Assembly: GCA_047651235.1 (NCBI GenBank)
Contig: CP178758.1
Span: 2,970,001-3,002,000 of the forward strand
Direction of reading: 5' to 3'
Source: Candidatus Electrothrix yaqonensis
Lineage (GTDB): Bacteria; Desulfobacterota; Desulfobulbia; Desulfobulbales; Desulfobulbaceae
Length of the DNA stretch: 32,000 nt
Below the pieces are notes generated by a model. The model had not been told where the DNA came from. It saw only the letters and a program-made list of their open reading frames with translations, and made no database searches. A program made the position numbers and the translations under genes. Positions 24,707 through 32,000 of this stretch are shown piece after piece (position 1 is the first letter of the stretch; every line of letters starts with the position of its first letter).

Positions 24707-26113
24707 TTATATCCCCAGTTGTTGTTCCGCGCGTTGCAGGGCCTCGGCAACCCGTATCCCGGAGGTGCCGCCTATGGACACCCGGCTGTTCACCGACCCC
24801 TCGACAGAGAGCACCTCAAAAATATCTTCTTCGATCAGCTCGGAAAACTGCCGCAGCTCCTCCAAAGCCAACTCGGTCAGCTCAATATCGCGCTCCTGGC
24901 ACAGAGCGACAATCCTGCCCACCACCCCGTGCGCCTGCCGAAACGGCATATTTTTCCTGACCAGATAATCCGCAATATCCGTGGCTGTCATAAAACCGCC
25001 ATAGGTTGCCGCCTGCATCTGTTCACAGTTGAAGGCACTGTTGGCCAGCAGCTCCGCTGTAATGGACAGGCTGGCCTTGACCGTATCCAGGGCATCGAAA
25101 AGCGGCTCCTTATCTTCCTGCAGATCCCGGTTATAGGTGAGCGGCAGGCCCTTGACGGTCATCAACAGGGAGACCAGCGAGCCGGTCACTCGTCCGGCCT
25201 TGCCCCGGATCAGTTCAGGAATGTCGGGATTCTTCTTCTGCGGCATGATCGAAGAGCCGGTACAGTATTTATCGCCGATCCGGATAAAGTCAAACTCTTT
25301 GGACGACCAGAGGACAAATTCCTCGGCCATTCTGCTTAAATGCAGTTGAATGGTTGTCAGACAGAAGAGCAGCTCCAGAGCAAAATCACGGTCAGCCGTG
25401 GTATCCATCGAATTGGCCGAGACTGCCGGGAAACTCAGTTCCTCAGCCACGAATTCGCGGTCAATAGGCAGGCCGGTTCCGGCAAGGGCTGCTGAACCCA
25501 AGGGCATGATGTTGATCCGCTTCATACAGTCCGCTATCCGCTCCCGGTCCCGCCCGAACATCTCCACATAGGCCAGCAGGTGATGGGAGAGCAGGACCGG
25601 CTGGGCCCGTTGCAGATGGGTATAGCCCGGCATCACCGCGCCGAGATTGGCACGGGCCTGCCGGGTGAAGCCCTCCTGAACCTCGCTTAAAAGCTGATCC
25701 AACAGTACCCCTTCATCCCGGAGATAAAGGCGGATATCCAGAGCTACCTGATCGTTGCGGCTGCGGGCGGTGTGCAGCTTTTCTCCGGCAGCGCCGACTT
25801 TCTCGGTCAGGGCCTTTTCGATATTCATATGAATATCTTCCAGCTCCTGCCGGAAGACAAACCTGCCCTCGGTGATTTCCTGCTCAATCTCAGTCAGCCC
25901 CCGGAGAATGGCATCCCGTTCCTCGTCGGTAATCAAATCCTGCCGGGCCAGCATCCGGGCATGGACCTTGGAACCCATGATGTCGTGCCGGTACAGGCGC
26001 CAGTCATAGGAGATGGATTCGGTAAAGGCCTCCACCGAGGCAGCGGTCTGCTCGGCAAAGCGTCCGCCCCAGAGTTTGCCGGATTGATGCGTCTGATTAT
26101 TTTGTTTTGTCAT
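24707..26113 (-). CDS. argH: Argininosuccinate lyase
   Basis: 468 aa. It has GKLWGGRF...SISYDWRLYRHDIMGSKVHARMLA, TARSRNDQVALD, GYTHLQRAQP and GSSIMPQKKNPD (fumarate lyase signature). Confidence 0.95.
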   Translation of the reverse strand: MTKQNNQTHQSGKLWGGRFAEQTAASVEAFTESISYDWRLYRHDIMGSKVHARMLARQDLITDEERDAILRGLTEIEQEITEGRFVFRQELEDIHMNIEKALTEKVGAAGEKLHTARSRNDQVALDIRLYLRDEGVLLDQLLSEVQEGFTRQARANLGAVMPGYTHLQRAQPVLLSHHLLAYVEMFGRDRERIADCMKRINIMPLGSAALAGTGLPIDREFVAEELSFPAVSANSMDTTADRDFALELLFCLTTIQLHLSRMAEEFVLWSSKEFDFIRIGDKYCTGSSIMPQKKNPDIPELIRGKAGRVTGSLVSLLMTVKGLPLTYNRDLQEDKEPLFDALDTVKASLSITAELLANSAFNCEQMQAATYGGFMTATDIADYLVRKNMPFRQAHGVVGRIVALCQERDIELTELALEELRQFSELIEEDIFEVLSVEGSVNSRVSIGGTSGIRVAEALQRAEQQLGI

Positions 26114-26321
26114 AGGGATATTATTTTGGCAGTCCTTTTTCTTCAGCCTGTTCTACCGTATCTATTTGCTCGATCTGACCCGCAAAGTCAAGCGCTTCTT
26201 CGCTTTATCCATCTTCTTGCGGAGGAAATTCAGCAGGCTCAAGGACAACCCGATATTTCGACCCGGTTACTGTCGGATAAGGATAACAGCCGTCCCGCCG
26301 TCAGCAGCTTTCAGCGTCTTC

Positions 26322-26804
26322 CTATCTCCAAGTTGTAATCAGTGCGGCTGTCAAAGCAAAGATAATCAGGATACTCGTCTCCCACAGCCAGTTGGGAAGA
26401 ATACGGCGGGAAAATGACTGGTTTCTTTTCCGATATTGATATGCATCGGGAATTAGGTCGGGAAATCCACGTGTAGCGAGAATTTGAGCAACAGCATTCT
26501 CAGCGTTCACGGCAATGGTCATATTTCTTTGGTTGGCTGAATGGATACGTCGTAAGTAGGCGGACGATATACCCGCGACAGTGAAGAAGAGAAACCATAC
26601 GACAACGCTGAAGGAGATTGAAGATGGTAAAGTCATTTTGCCGGTCAGAACCGCGCCCGATACCGAGGCGTAGAAGGTAACAGTCGTAAACAAGACCCGA
26701 AACTCAATTTTGCGGCGCTGGTCATGTAGGGAGCGGTGAGTTGAGGAAATGAATTTGAGATTCTCAAGGTCCGCTTCTGTAAGGCTACATTCGTCCGAAG
26801 TCAT
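26322..26804 (-). CDS. Hypothetical membrane protein (about 3-4 TM segments), lower GC than its neighbours
   Basis: 160 aa. A polar N-terminal ~35 aa is followed by hydrophobic segments (VLFTTVTFYASVSGAVL, FSVVVWFLFFTVAGISSAY, TSILIIFALTAALITTW). I recognise no family. Confidence 0.55.
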   Translation of the reverse strand: MTSDECSLTEADLENLKFISSTHRSLHDQRRKIEFRVLFTTVTFYASVSGAVLTGKMTLPSSISFSVVVWFLFFTVAGISSAYLRRIHSANQRNMTIAVNAENAVAQILATRGFPDLIPDAYQYRKRNQSFSRRILPNWLWETSILIIFALTAALITTWR

Positions 26805-26831
26805 GATTTTTCAGCCAATTATAAAAGATCT

Positions 26832-28529
26832 TCATCTCCCCAAGTCTGTCTGCTCATCCCCCCGACCGATCAGGGCCGCTCCGACCGCATTGCCCACTTC
26901 GTAATGCTCGGGAAAATGCACGGTAGTGTGCAGCCGTTCGGCCACCCCGGGCAGGAAACACCTGGCTGCCGCACCGATGCCGATAATCGGGAGATTCAGC
27001 GCGACGCTGAGTGAAAACAGCTCGTTCTCCCGGTTGTTCAGAAACGGGGTAAAGTGACCGTCATCCCAGACCTGCCGTCCGAGATAATCGAGAATGACGT
27101 TTTCAATGGTTTTTTCCGTCTCAGCGATAACCTGGAGGCAGAAGCTCTCCACGTCCATATTCAACACAGCAGCCAGGGATCTGGCGCCGCTCTCGGCCTG
27201 TTCCCGGTCGCCGATATCCAGGCGGCCCAGGACATGCAGGGCGTCTGTGGGCGTGAACCCGGCCATACTGATCTGCTGGAGATAGGCGAGCCGTTCCAGC
27301 CGTTTCTCCAGGATGATGCCGGACAGACCGGTCTGAATGGTCAGGGTTTCCAGATTGACCGGCCCCCGCTCCCGGAGACAGAACAGGATTTCGTCCTGGG
27401 TCACGATATCCTCCCGGAGTCCCTCCACCGGGACAACCACGGCATTACGCAGGCCGCAGCCCAGCCAGTCTTCCGGATCCGGCAGACCTGGAGTCATGCA
27501 CAGGGGCTGGACCCGGACGGTCTCCAGACTGATGGTCTGATTCAGGCCGCAGCTGTCTTCCTGGTCAGAAGGGCAGATGATGTGGGAATCCCCTCCGCCA
27601 GCAGCTGTATACATATTAATGGCCTCCACATGAGTCTGCCATTCACCGATCCGGCAGCCTTCATTGCTCAGCACCGGGTGGCTGTTCCGGATCATACAGA
27701 CATCCGTGGTCGTGCCGCCGACATCGACAATCAGGGCCTTGGGTTCTCCGGAAGTACAGCCGAACCGGGCCGTGGCTGCCGGACCGCTGGCCATGGTGAT
27801 AGCTGCCCGCTGCACCGCTTCATCTAGGCCTGCGCCTTTGCCGTTGCCGCAGATAATGGTCACCGGGCAGTGCAGACCCGCATTGAGCATGGAAATCCGG
27901 ACAGAGGAGAGAAAACCGACCATGAGCGGCATGAGCTTGGCGTGCAGACAGGCTGTGGCTGCTCTGGCCCGCATACCGGGATTGTCGCTGACCTGATGGG
28001 AGCAGAAAATCGGCTTGGGGTCAATCATGGTGATGGCTTCCTCAGCCACCAGCTCATGAGCAGGATTTTTGATGGACATGCCGCCGCAGACCGCATAACT
28101 GTCCACCTCGCCCTTGAGATCGCGGACAGAATCAACCAGTCCTTCAATATCCAGAGGCTCATCCTCTTCCCCGGTGATCTTATGGCCGCCTTTGAGAAAA
28201 ATATTCGCAGTGATGGGCAGCTTGAAATGCCGGACATAGCCGAAGACCAGCAGGCCCACTCTGGCTCCCCGGTCTTCGACCACCGCATTGGTAGCCAGGG
28301 TTGTGGACACGGAAAGCCGGATGATCTCTTCCGGTGAAACATCGGAAGAGAGCAGTTTTCTGAGCACCCGGCCCACCCCGATGCCAAGGTCGTGGTGGGT
28401 GGTCGGTTCCTTGGCCGAATGCACCACCTCAAGAGTGGCATTGTCGATCAGTACGCCGTCGGTGTAGGTACCTCCGGTATCTATACCGATGCAGTAGCAG
28501 TTGATGTATTGTCGTACCAGTTTGCCCAT
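26832..28529 (-). CDS. Hydantoinase/oxoprolinase family protein (hydantoinase A-like, ASKHA fold)
   Basis: 565 aa. It has GIDTGGTYTDGVLID, STTLATNAVVE and LIVDVGGTTTDV phosphate-binding motifs. Confidence 0.75.
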   Translation of the reverse strand: MGKLVRQYINCYCIGIDTGGTYTDGVLIDNATLEVVHSAKEPTTHHDLGIGVGRVLRKLLSSDVSPEEIIRLSVSTTLATNAVVEDRGARVGLLVFGYVRHFKLPITANIFLKGGHKITGEEDEPLDIEGLVDSVRDLKGEVDSYAVCGGMSIKNPAHELVAEEAITMIDPKPIFCSHQVSDNPGMRARAATACLHAKLMPLMVGFLSSVRISMLNAGLHCPVTIICGNGKGAGLDEAVQRAAITMASGPAATARFGCTSGEPKALIVDVGGTTTDVCMIRNSHPVLSNEGCRIGEWQTHVEAINMYTAAGGGDSHIICPSDQEDSCGLNQTISLETVRVQPLCMTPGLPDPEDWLGCGLRNAVVVPVEGLREDIVTQDEILFCLRERGPVNLETLTIQTGLSGIILEKRLERLAYLQQISMAGFTPTDALHVLGRLDIGDREQAESGARSLAAVLNMDVESFCLQVIAETEKTIENVILDYLGRQVWDDGHFTPFLNNRENELFSLSVALNLPIIGIGAAARCFLPGVAERLHTTVHFPEHYEVGNAVGAALIGRGDEQTDLGR

Positions 28530-28863
28530 GTATCTCTGCGGAGTTCAGAAAAGATTCTTTATCAGCCGCCTGTGTGCGGCGAACATAGCATCTTAAACCA
28601 GCAGCAAGGGATTGTCCAGTGCGGACTGAAGATTGCGCCGGACAGCCCGGAGAGTTGGATGAATTCTTCAGAATTCGAAAGCCCTGCATCGACATGACCG
28701 GCTCAGTCGGGTATAGTCGGAATCCGGAATGATTGCCGGACAAGCCGGCAAAAAAGGTCTTCCCGTTTATAGTCTTCTGATGCGCCAGTTTCTTATGGAT
28801 AGATTATTACGCGGGACGCGACAGTTATAGCGATATATCATAGTCAGATATCAGAATTCATAG

Positions 28864-29457
28864 ATGGATACAAATACAGCAAAAGAAGACTCCCCGCCGC
28901 ATCGTATCATCCTCGCCATAACCGGCGCCACCGGCATGTTGTACGTGACGGCCTTGCAGGAGCTGCTCGCTGAACAGGATACGGAGGTTCACGCCGTGAT
29001 TTCTGATTCCGGCAGAAAGGTCCTGCGGCTGGAACAGAATATGGCCCCGGAAGACCTGTCCGGTGTCAGCCGCTGGTTTGCTGCGGATGACTTCACGGCT
29101 CCGGCGGCCTCCGGCTCAGCCCGATATGACGCCATGATCATTCTGCCCTGCACTGCAGGTACCCTCGGCGCCCTAGCCGGGGGCTATTCTGGCAACCTGA
29201 TCCACCGGGCCGCTGATGTCAGCCTCAAGGAGCGGCGGCCTCTGGTGCTTGCCGTGCGCGAAACTCCGCTGAACCGCATCCACCTCAGCAATATGCTGGC
29301 CCTGCACGATGCCGGGGCGATCATCTGTCCGCCCATGCCTTCCTTTTATCTGCACCCGGCAGACCTCCGCGAAATGGCCCGCCAGTTTGCCAGCCGCATC
29401 TGTGACCTCATCGGCCTGCCCCTTGACGGGCTTCCCCGCTGGCAGGGGCTTGCCTGA
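28864..29457 (+). CDS. ubiX: Flavin prenyltransferase UbiX
   Basis: 197 aa. It has RIILAITGATG, ILPCTAGTLGALAGGYSGNLIHRAADVSLKERRPLVLAVRETPL and ICPPMPSFY. Confidence 0.9.
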   Translation: MDTNTAKEDSPPHRIILAITGATGMLYVTALQELLAEQDTEVHAVISDSGRKVLRLEQNMAPEDLSGVSRWFAADDFTAPAASGSARYDAMIILPCTAGTLGALAGGYSGNLIHRAADVSLKERRPLVLAVRETPLNRIHLSNMLALHDAGAIICPPMPSFYLHPADLREMARQFASRICDLIGLPLDGLPRWQGLA

Positions 29458-29588
29458 TTCATTGCCTGATTCTTCTTGCAACGACAATACAGTCTGCTAT
29501 AGTCCCCTGTCCGGAAAGGCGGAAGCCTTTGGTTCTATGCGGAGGCCCCGCATATGTGTATTTGACTGAGTTACCTGTGAATGACGCG

Positions 29589-30374
29589 ATGACCTTATCT
29601 ACAACAGAAAGAGAACAACAGAGCGGCACCCTGTCCGTAGTCGGCATCGGCCCCGGCGCGGCTGATCTAATGACGCCCCGCGCCTGGCAGGCCATTGCAC
29701 AGGCCGAGGTGGTGGCGGGCTATACAACCTATCTTGATTTGATCCGCGACTGTCTCACGCCGGATCAGGAAATCCTGTCTTCTGCCATGATGCAGGAGAT
29801 CGAGCGCTGCCGCCGGGCCCTGGAACGGGCTGACAGCGGCAGGACCGTAGCCTTGGTCTGTGGCGGTGATCCCGGTATTTATGCGATGGCCGGGCTGGTG
29901 TATGAACTGGTGCGGGATACCGGGAGCAGGAGCCGGATTGAGATTATTCCCGGTATTGCTGCACTCAATGCTTGTGCGGCGGTTCTTGGCGCCCCCCTGA
30001 TGCACGACTTTGCCGCGATCAGCCTGTCCGACCTGATGACCCCGTGGGAGCTGATAGAAAAACGTCTGCAGGCAGCGGCAATGGCCGATTTTGTCACAGT
30101 GCTTTATAACCCGAAATCGAAAAAACGCACCGAACAGATTGTCCGGGCCAGAGAAATCATGCTGGAGCACAGAGACCCGCAGACTCCGGTGGGTATCGTA
30201 TCCGGGGCCACCCGCCGTCACGAGGCCGTTTCTTTGACTGATTTGGACAACATGCTGTCCGGGGACATCGGGATGCAGACAACGGTGATCATCGGCAACA
30301 GTGCCACTTTTGTCTTTCAGGATAAAATGGTCACCCCGCGAGGGTATTCGGCAAAATACGGCTTGGCCTGGTAA
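29589..30374 (+). CDS. cbiH: Precorrin-3B C17-methyltransferase / cobalt-factor III methyltransferase (CobJ/CbiH)
   Basis: It has LSVVGIGPGAADLMTPRA, AEVVAGYTTYLDLI, VALVCGGDPGIYAMAG and TTVIIGNSAT. The start is set at the ATG at 29589 (MTLSTTE); GTG 29577 is an alternative. Confidence 0.8.
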   Translation: MTLSTTEREQQSGTLSVVGIGPGAADLMTPRAWQAIAQAEVVAGYTTYLDLIRDCLTPDQEILSSAMMQEIERCRRALERADSGRTVALVCGGDPGIYAMAGLVYELVRDTGSRSRIEIIPGIAALNACAAVLGAPLMHDFAAISLSDLMTPWELIEKRLQAAAMADFVTVLYNPKSKKRTEQIVRAREIMLEHRDPQTPVGIVSGATRRHEAVSLTDLDNMLSGDIGMQTTVIIGNSATFVFQDKMVTPRGYSAKYGLAW

Positions 30375-30543
30375 TGCAGGGGCGCCCCTCTGCGTTACCG
30401 AACCATTATGCCCGTTAAAAGGCATCTTCAGGAGCCGTAACTGCCTTAGCGCTGCCGCACAGACACAAAAAAAAGCCGCCGCATCCTGGAACCGGAATGA
30501 CAGCGGCATGGAAAAGAGTCAGCTGAGTTTTGAGCAGAAGTCA

Positions 30544-30732
30544 TCAAGATTGCTCAACAGCCTGCAGCAGCATATCAACCGAATACTTCTTCTGCCATGC
30601 CTGCCGTTCTTTCACATAGTCCCCGTACCCGTCATCAACCTTCTGAATACACTGTATAAGATTGACCACACCGAGCCTTCTGCAATAGGCATCAATCCCT
30701 GCCTGCTGAACATCATTCCCGATTTTTTTCAC
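30544..30732 (-). CDS. Small protein (62 aa) translationally coupled downstream of the PIN gene; putative cognate antitoxin
   Basis: The GTG start overlaps the PIN stop (GTGA), and GAGGTG lies 5 nt upstream. The sequence GIDAYCRRLGVVNLIQCIQKVDDGYGDYVKERQAW resembles small partners that carry a GxGDYTxER motif (from memory, unverified). Confidence 0.5.
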   Translation of the reverse strand: MKKIGNDVQQAGIDAYCRRLGVVNLIQCIQKVDDGYGDYVKERQAWQKKYSVDMLLQAVEQS

Positions 30733-31157
30733 GACATCACCTCATTCAGCCAAGTTACCGGATTATTTACCGCTATCTTCAAATCTTCAATGGTTAATGC
30801 CTGCTTCAGCAGATCGTCATCCACCGTCAGAAAAACCTCTGCTCCATTTTCTGCGCAGGCCAGATGCAGGGCATCAAAAGCCTGCATCCCCTTTTTTTCC
30901 AGCGCTTTTGCCCGCGATGAGACTGCACGGTCTATTTTGATGACATTGTCTGCCAGCCCGCTGACAAGCTCCAGCTTTTTCCTTCTGGCTTTATCAGGAA
31001 TGTGTTCAATCTCGAATTGCGCGATATTGTGCCAGCGCCGCTGTTCACAAAACGATAAAATCACCTTGACGGCCTCGGATTCAAGTCGGATACGACGGTC
31101 CGACTGGTCATCGAACGGTCTGTTCATACAGCAGTTATCCAGGTAGATATTCATCAT
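30729..31157 (-). CDS. PIN-domain protein (putative toxin/RNase)
   Basis: 142 aa. It has IYLDNCCMNRPFDDQSDRRIRLESEA, FDALHLACA and FLTVDDDL, which gives the D-E-D-D arrangement. GAGGAG lies upstream of the ATG. Confidence 0.7.
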   Translation of the reverse strand: MMNIYLDNCCMNRPFDDQSDRRIRLESEAVKVILSFCEQRRWHNIAQFEIEHIPDKARRKKLELVSGLADNVIKIDRAVSSRAKALEKKGMQAFDALHLACAENGAEVFLTVDDDLLKQALTIEDLKIAVNNPVTWLNEVMS

Positions 31158-31180
31158 AGCGAATTCTCCTCATCATATTC

Positions 31181-31300
31181 TTAGGAGTTACGCAGTTGGT
31201 TTTATAACCCGCTGATTTTGTTCAACTGACGGTTTTTGCCTCCAACAAGCGAACCTATTGTAACACTTGAGATTCTTGTTTTCAACTGCGTAACTCCTAA
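31181..31300. repeat. Perfect 18 bp inverted repeat separated by 84 nt (MITE-like element or long-range 5' UTR hairpin)
   Basis: TTAGGAGTTACGCAGTTG at 31181-31198 is the exact reverse complement of CAACTGCGTAACTCCTAA at 31283-31300. TTC flanks both ends. The left arm lies 23 nt upstream of the PIN gene ATG on the minus strand. Confidence 0.7.
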
Positions 31301-31464
31301 TTCTTTTTTTTCTGCCTGCACAGGGCTATATAAGACATCCAGGCACACTGCGTCTCACCACATTACGACCGCAACTTCTCTTTATCTTCATAAATCCAAT
31401 CCTCCACCCTCCTAAGCTTCAGCTTCTCCTTAATCTCCCTGATAGCCGTCTCTTCCTCTGAAAT

Positions 31465-32000
31465 CTACCCGGAAACAACAGAGCGGAAGTTATCAGATCG
31501 CGCCTCTCCAAGCTTGTCGTGCAGCTCATCAAGATGCCGTTCCTTATGCGCCAAAACATTATTCAGCTTATTCCGGCGTTCCTCCAGATTCCTGATGTTG
31601 GCCTCAACCTTTTCTTCCCAAGCCCGCCGCTTTCCGGCACGCTCTCGCTGATACTTTTCATATGCCTTTTGCCGCTCCGCTTTATACCTCTCCCAGCGTT
31701 GGTCCAGCAGTTCCTTGGTTTCGTTCAATGCCTCAAAGGCAAGACCCTTATCTTTGCCGAGCATGTGTTCCTTGTGCTCACGCAACATATCCCAGCCTTT
31801 TTGCAAGGCTTTGTTGCAGGCTTTCAGCTGTTCCTTCTCTTCATCAAAGGGCCCCATAATGGCATCAAGCAGCATATATACTCCGCCGGTGGCAAGAGTA
31901 AGAATGAAATCTGAAAACGCGCTGTCAACAGGCCGAGCTGCCTTGGCCTGTGATATAATCTGCTTCCCCAGCCGAGCAGACTCTTCCTTTTTCTTCTCCC
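31465..32000 (-). CDS. Charged coiled-coil protein of unknown function; 5' end lies outside the window
   Basis: The frame is open from the ORF-track ATG (31875) up to the window edge (...EKKKEESARLGKQIISQAKAARPVDSAFSDFILTLATGGVYMLLDAI...). A highly charged helical region follows (QRWERYKAERQKAYEKYQRERAGKRRAWEEKVEANIRNLEERRNKL). Confidence 0.55.
   Translation of the reverse strand, partial: EKKKEESARLGKQIISQAKAARPVDSAFSDFILTLATGGVYMLLDAIMGPFDEEKEQLKACNKALQKGWDMLREHKEHMLGKDKGLAFEALNETKELLDQRWERYKAERQKAYEKYQRERAGKRRAWEEKVEANIRNLEERRNKLNNVLAHKERHLDELHDKLGEARSDNFRSVVSG

Noticed and set aside
28700-28760. 7 bp-stem hairpin TTGCCGG-ACAAG-CCGGCAA followed by an A-run, in the hydantoinase/ubiX divergent region, considered as a terminator
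   Set aside because: A U-tract would not follow the hairpin in either transcription direction, and the site lies upstream of both divergent genes. It is more likely incidental or part of a promoter region.
31181-31300. The 120 bp inverted-repeat unit as an integron attC site following a gene cassette
   Set aside because: The arms are perfectly complementary with no extrahelical bases. I could not find the RYYYAAC / GTTRRRY core sites at the ends, no intI is visible, and no second attC-like site follows the PIN cassette.
31465-31467. In-frame TAG in the coiled-coil gene as a pyrrolysine codon
   Set aside because: The window has no methylamine methyltransferase context and no pyl genes, and a 33-codon open stretch after a stop is not statistically remarkable. 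I kept it only as a low-interest read-through or nonsense observation.

Overview
This 32 kb window looks like a bacterial chromosomal segment. GC is roughly 55-60% in the core genes, and the gene content is anaerobe-like and possibly Desulfobacterota-like, but that taxonomic guess is weak. The housekeeping backbone is a GH31 glycosidase 3' end, livG-livF, an acetolactate-synthase-like TPP enzyme, panB plus a DUF3786/Fe-S protein, mfd, a HAD hydrolase, a PilZ protein, a DEAD-box helicase, lysA, argH plus an Fn3 lipoprotein, a hydantoinase-family protein, ubiX and cbiH/cobJ. Lower-GC accessory patches interrupt this backbone. (1) At 18.6-21.5 kb, a tightly overlapping three-gene operon sits between lysA and the DEAD-box helicase. 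It encodes an Mrr/PD-(D/E)xK-like effector, a ~92 aa middle component and a DUF2326-type coiled-coil ABC ATPase. This is the ABC-3C / Lamassu-like architecture, predicted as a conflict system but to my knowledge not experimentally characterised for this clade, and it is my top candidate. (2) At 6.4-11.8 kb, between panB and mfd, lies a decayed island. It holds an internally deleted ISAs1 element with perfect 15 bp IRs, an orphan cas2 plus an unknown 198 aa ORF with no cas1 and no array, a frameshifted IS5/DDE_Tnp_4 element with 17/18 bp IRs, an AT-rich small ORF plus an AIM24-family gene, and a PHP-type metallohydrolase remnant with an in-frame TGA. (3) There are two PIN-domain toxin-antitoxin-like pairs, a VapBC pair at 22.9-23.5 kb and a reversed-order PIN plus 62 aa pair at 30.5-31.2 kb. 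The second pair is preceded by a perfect 18 bp inverted repeat spaced 84 nt apart. I found no rRNA, tRNA or CRISPR array. All functional calls come from reading the translated ORFs against remembered family motifs. No database search was run.
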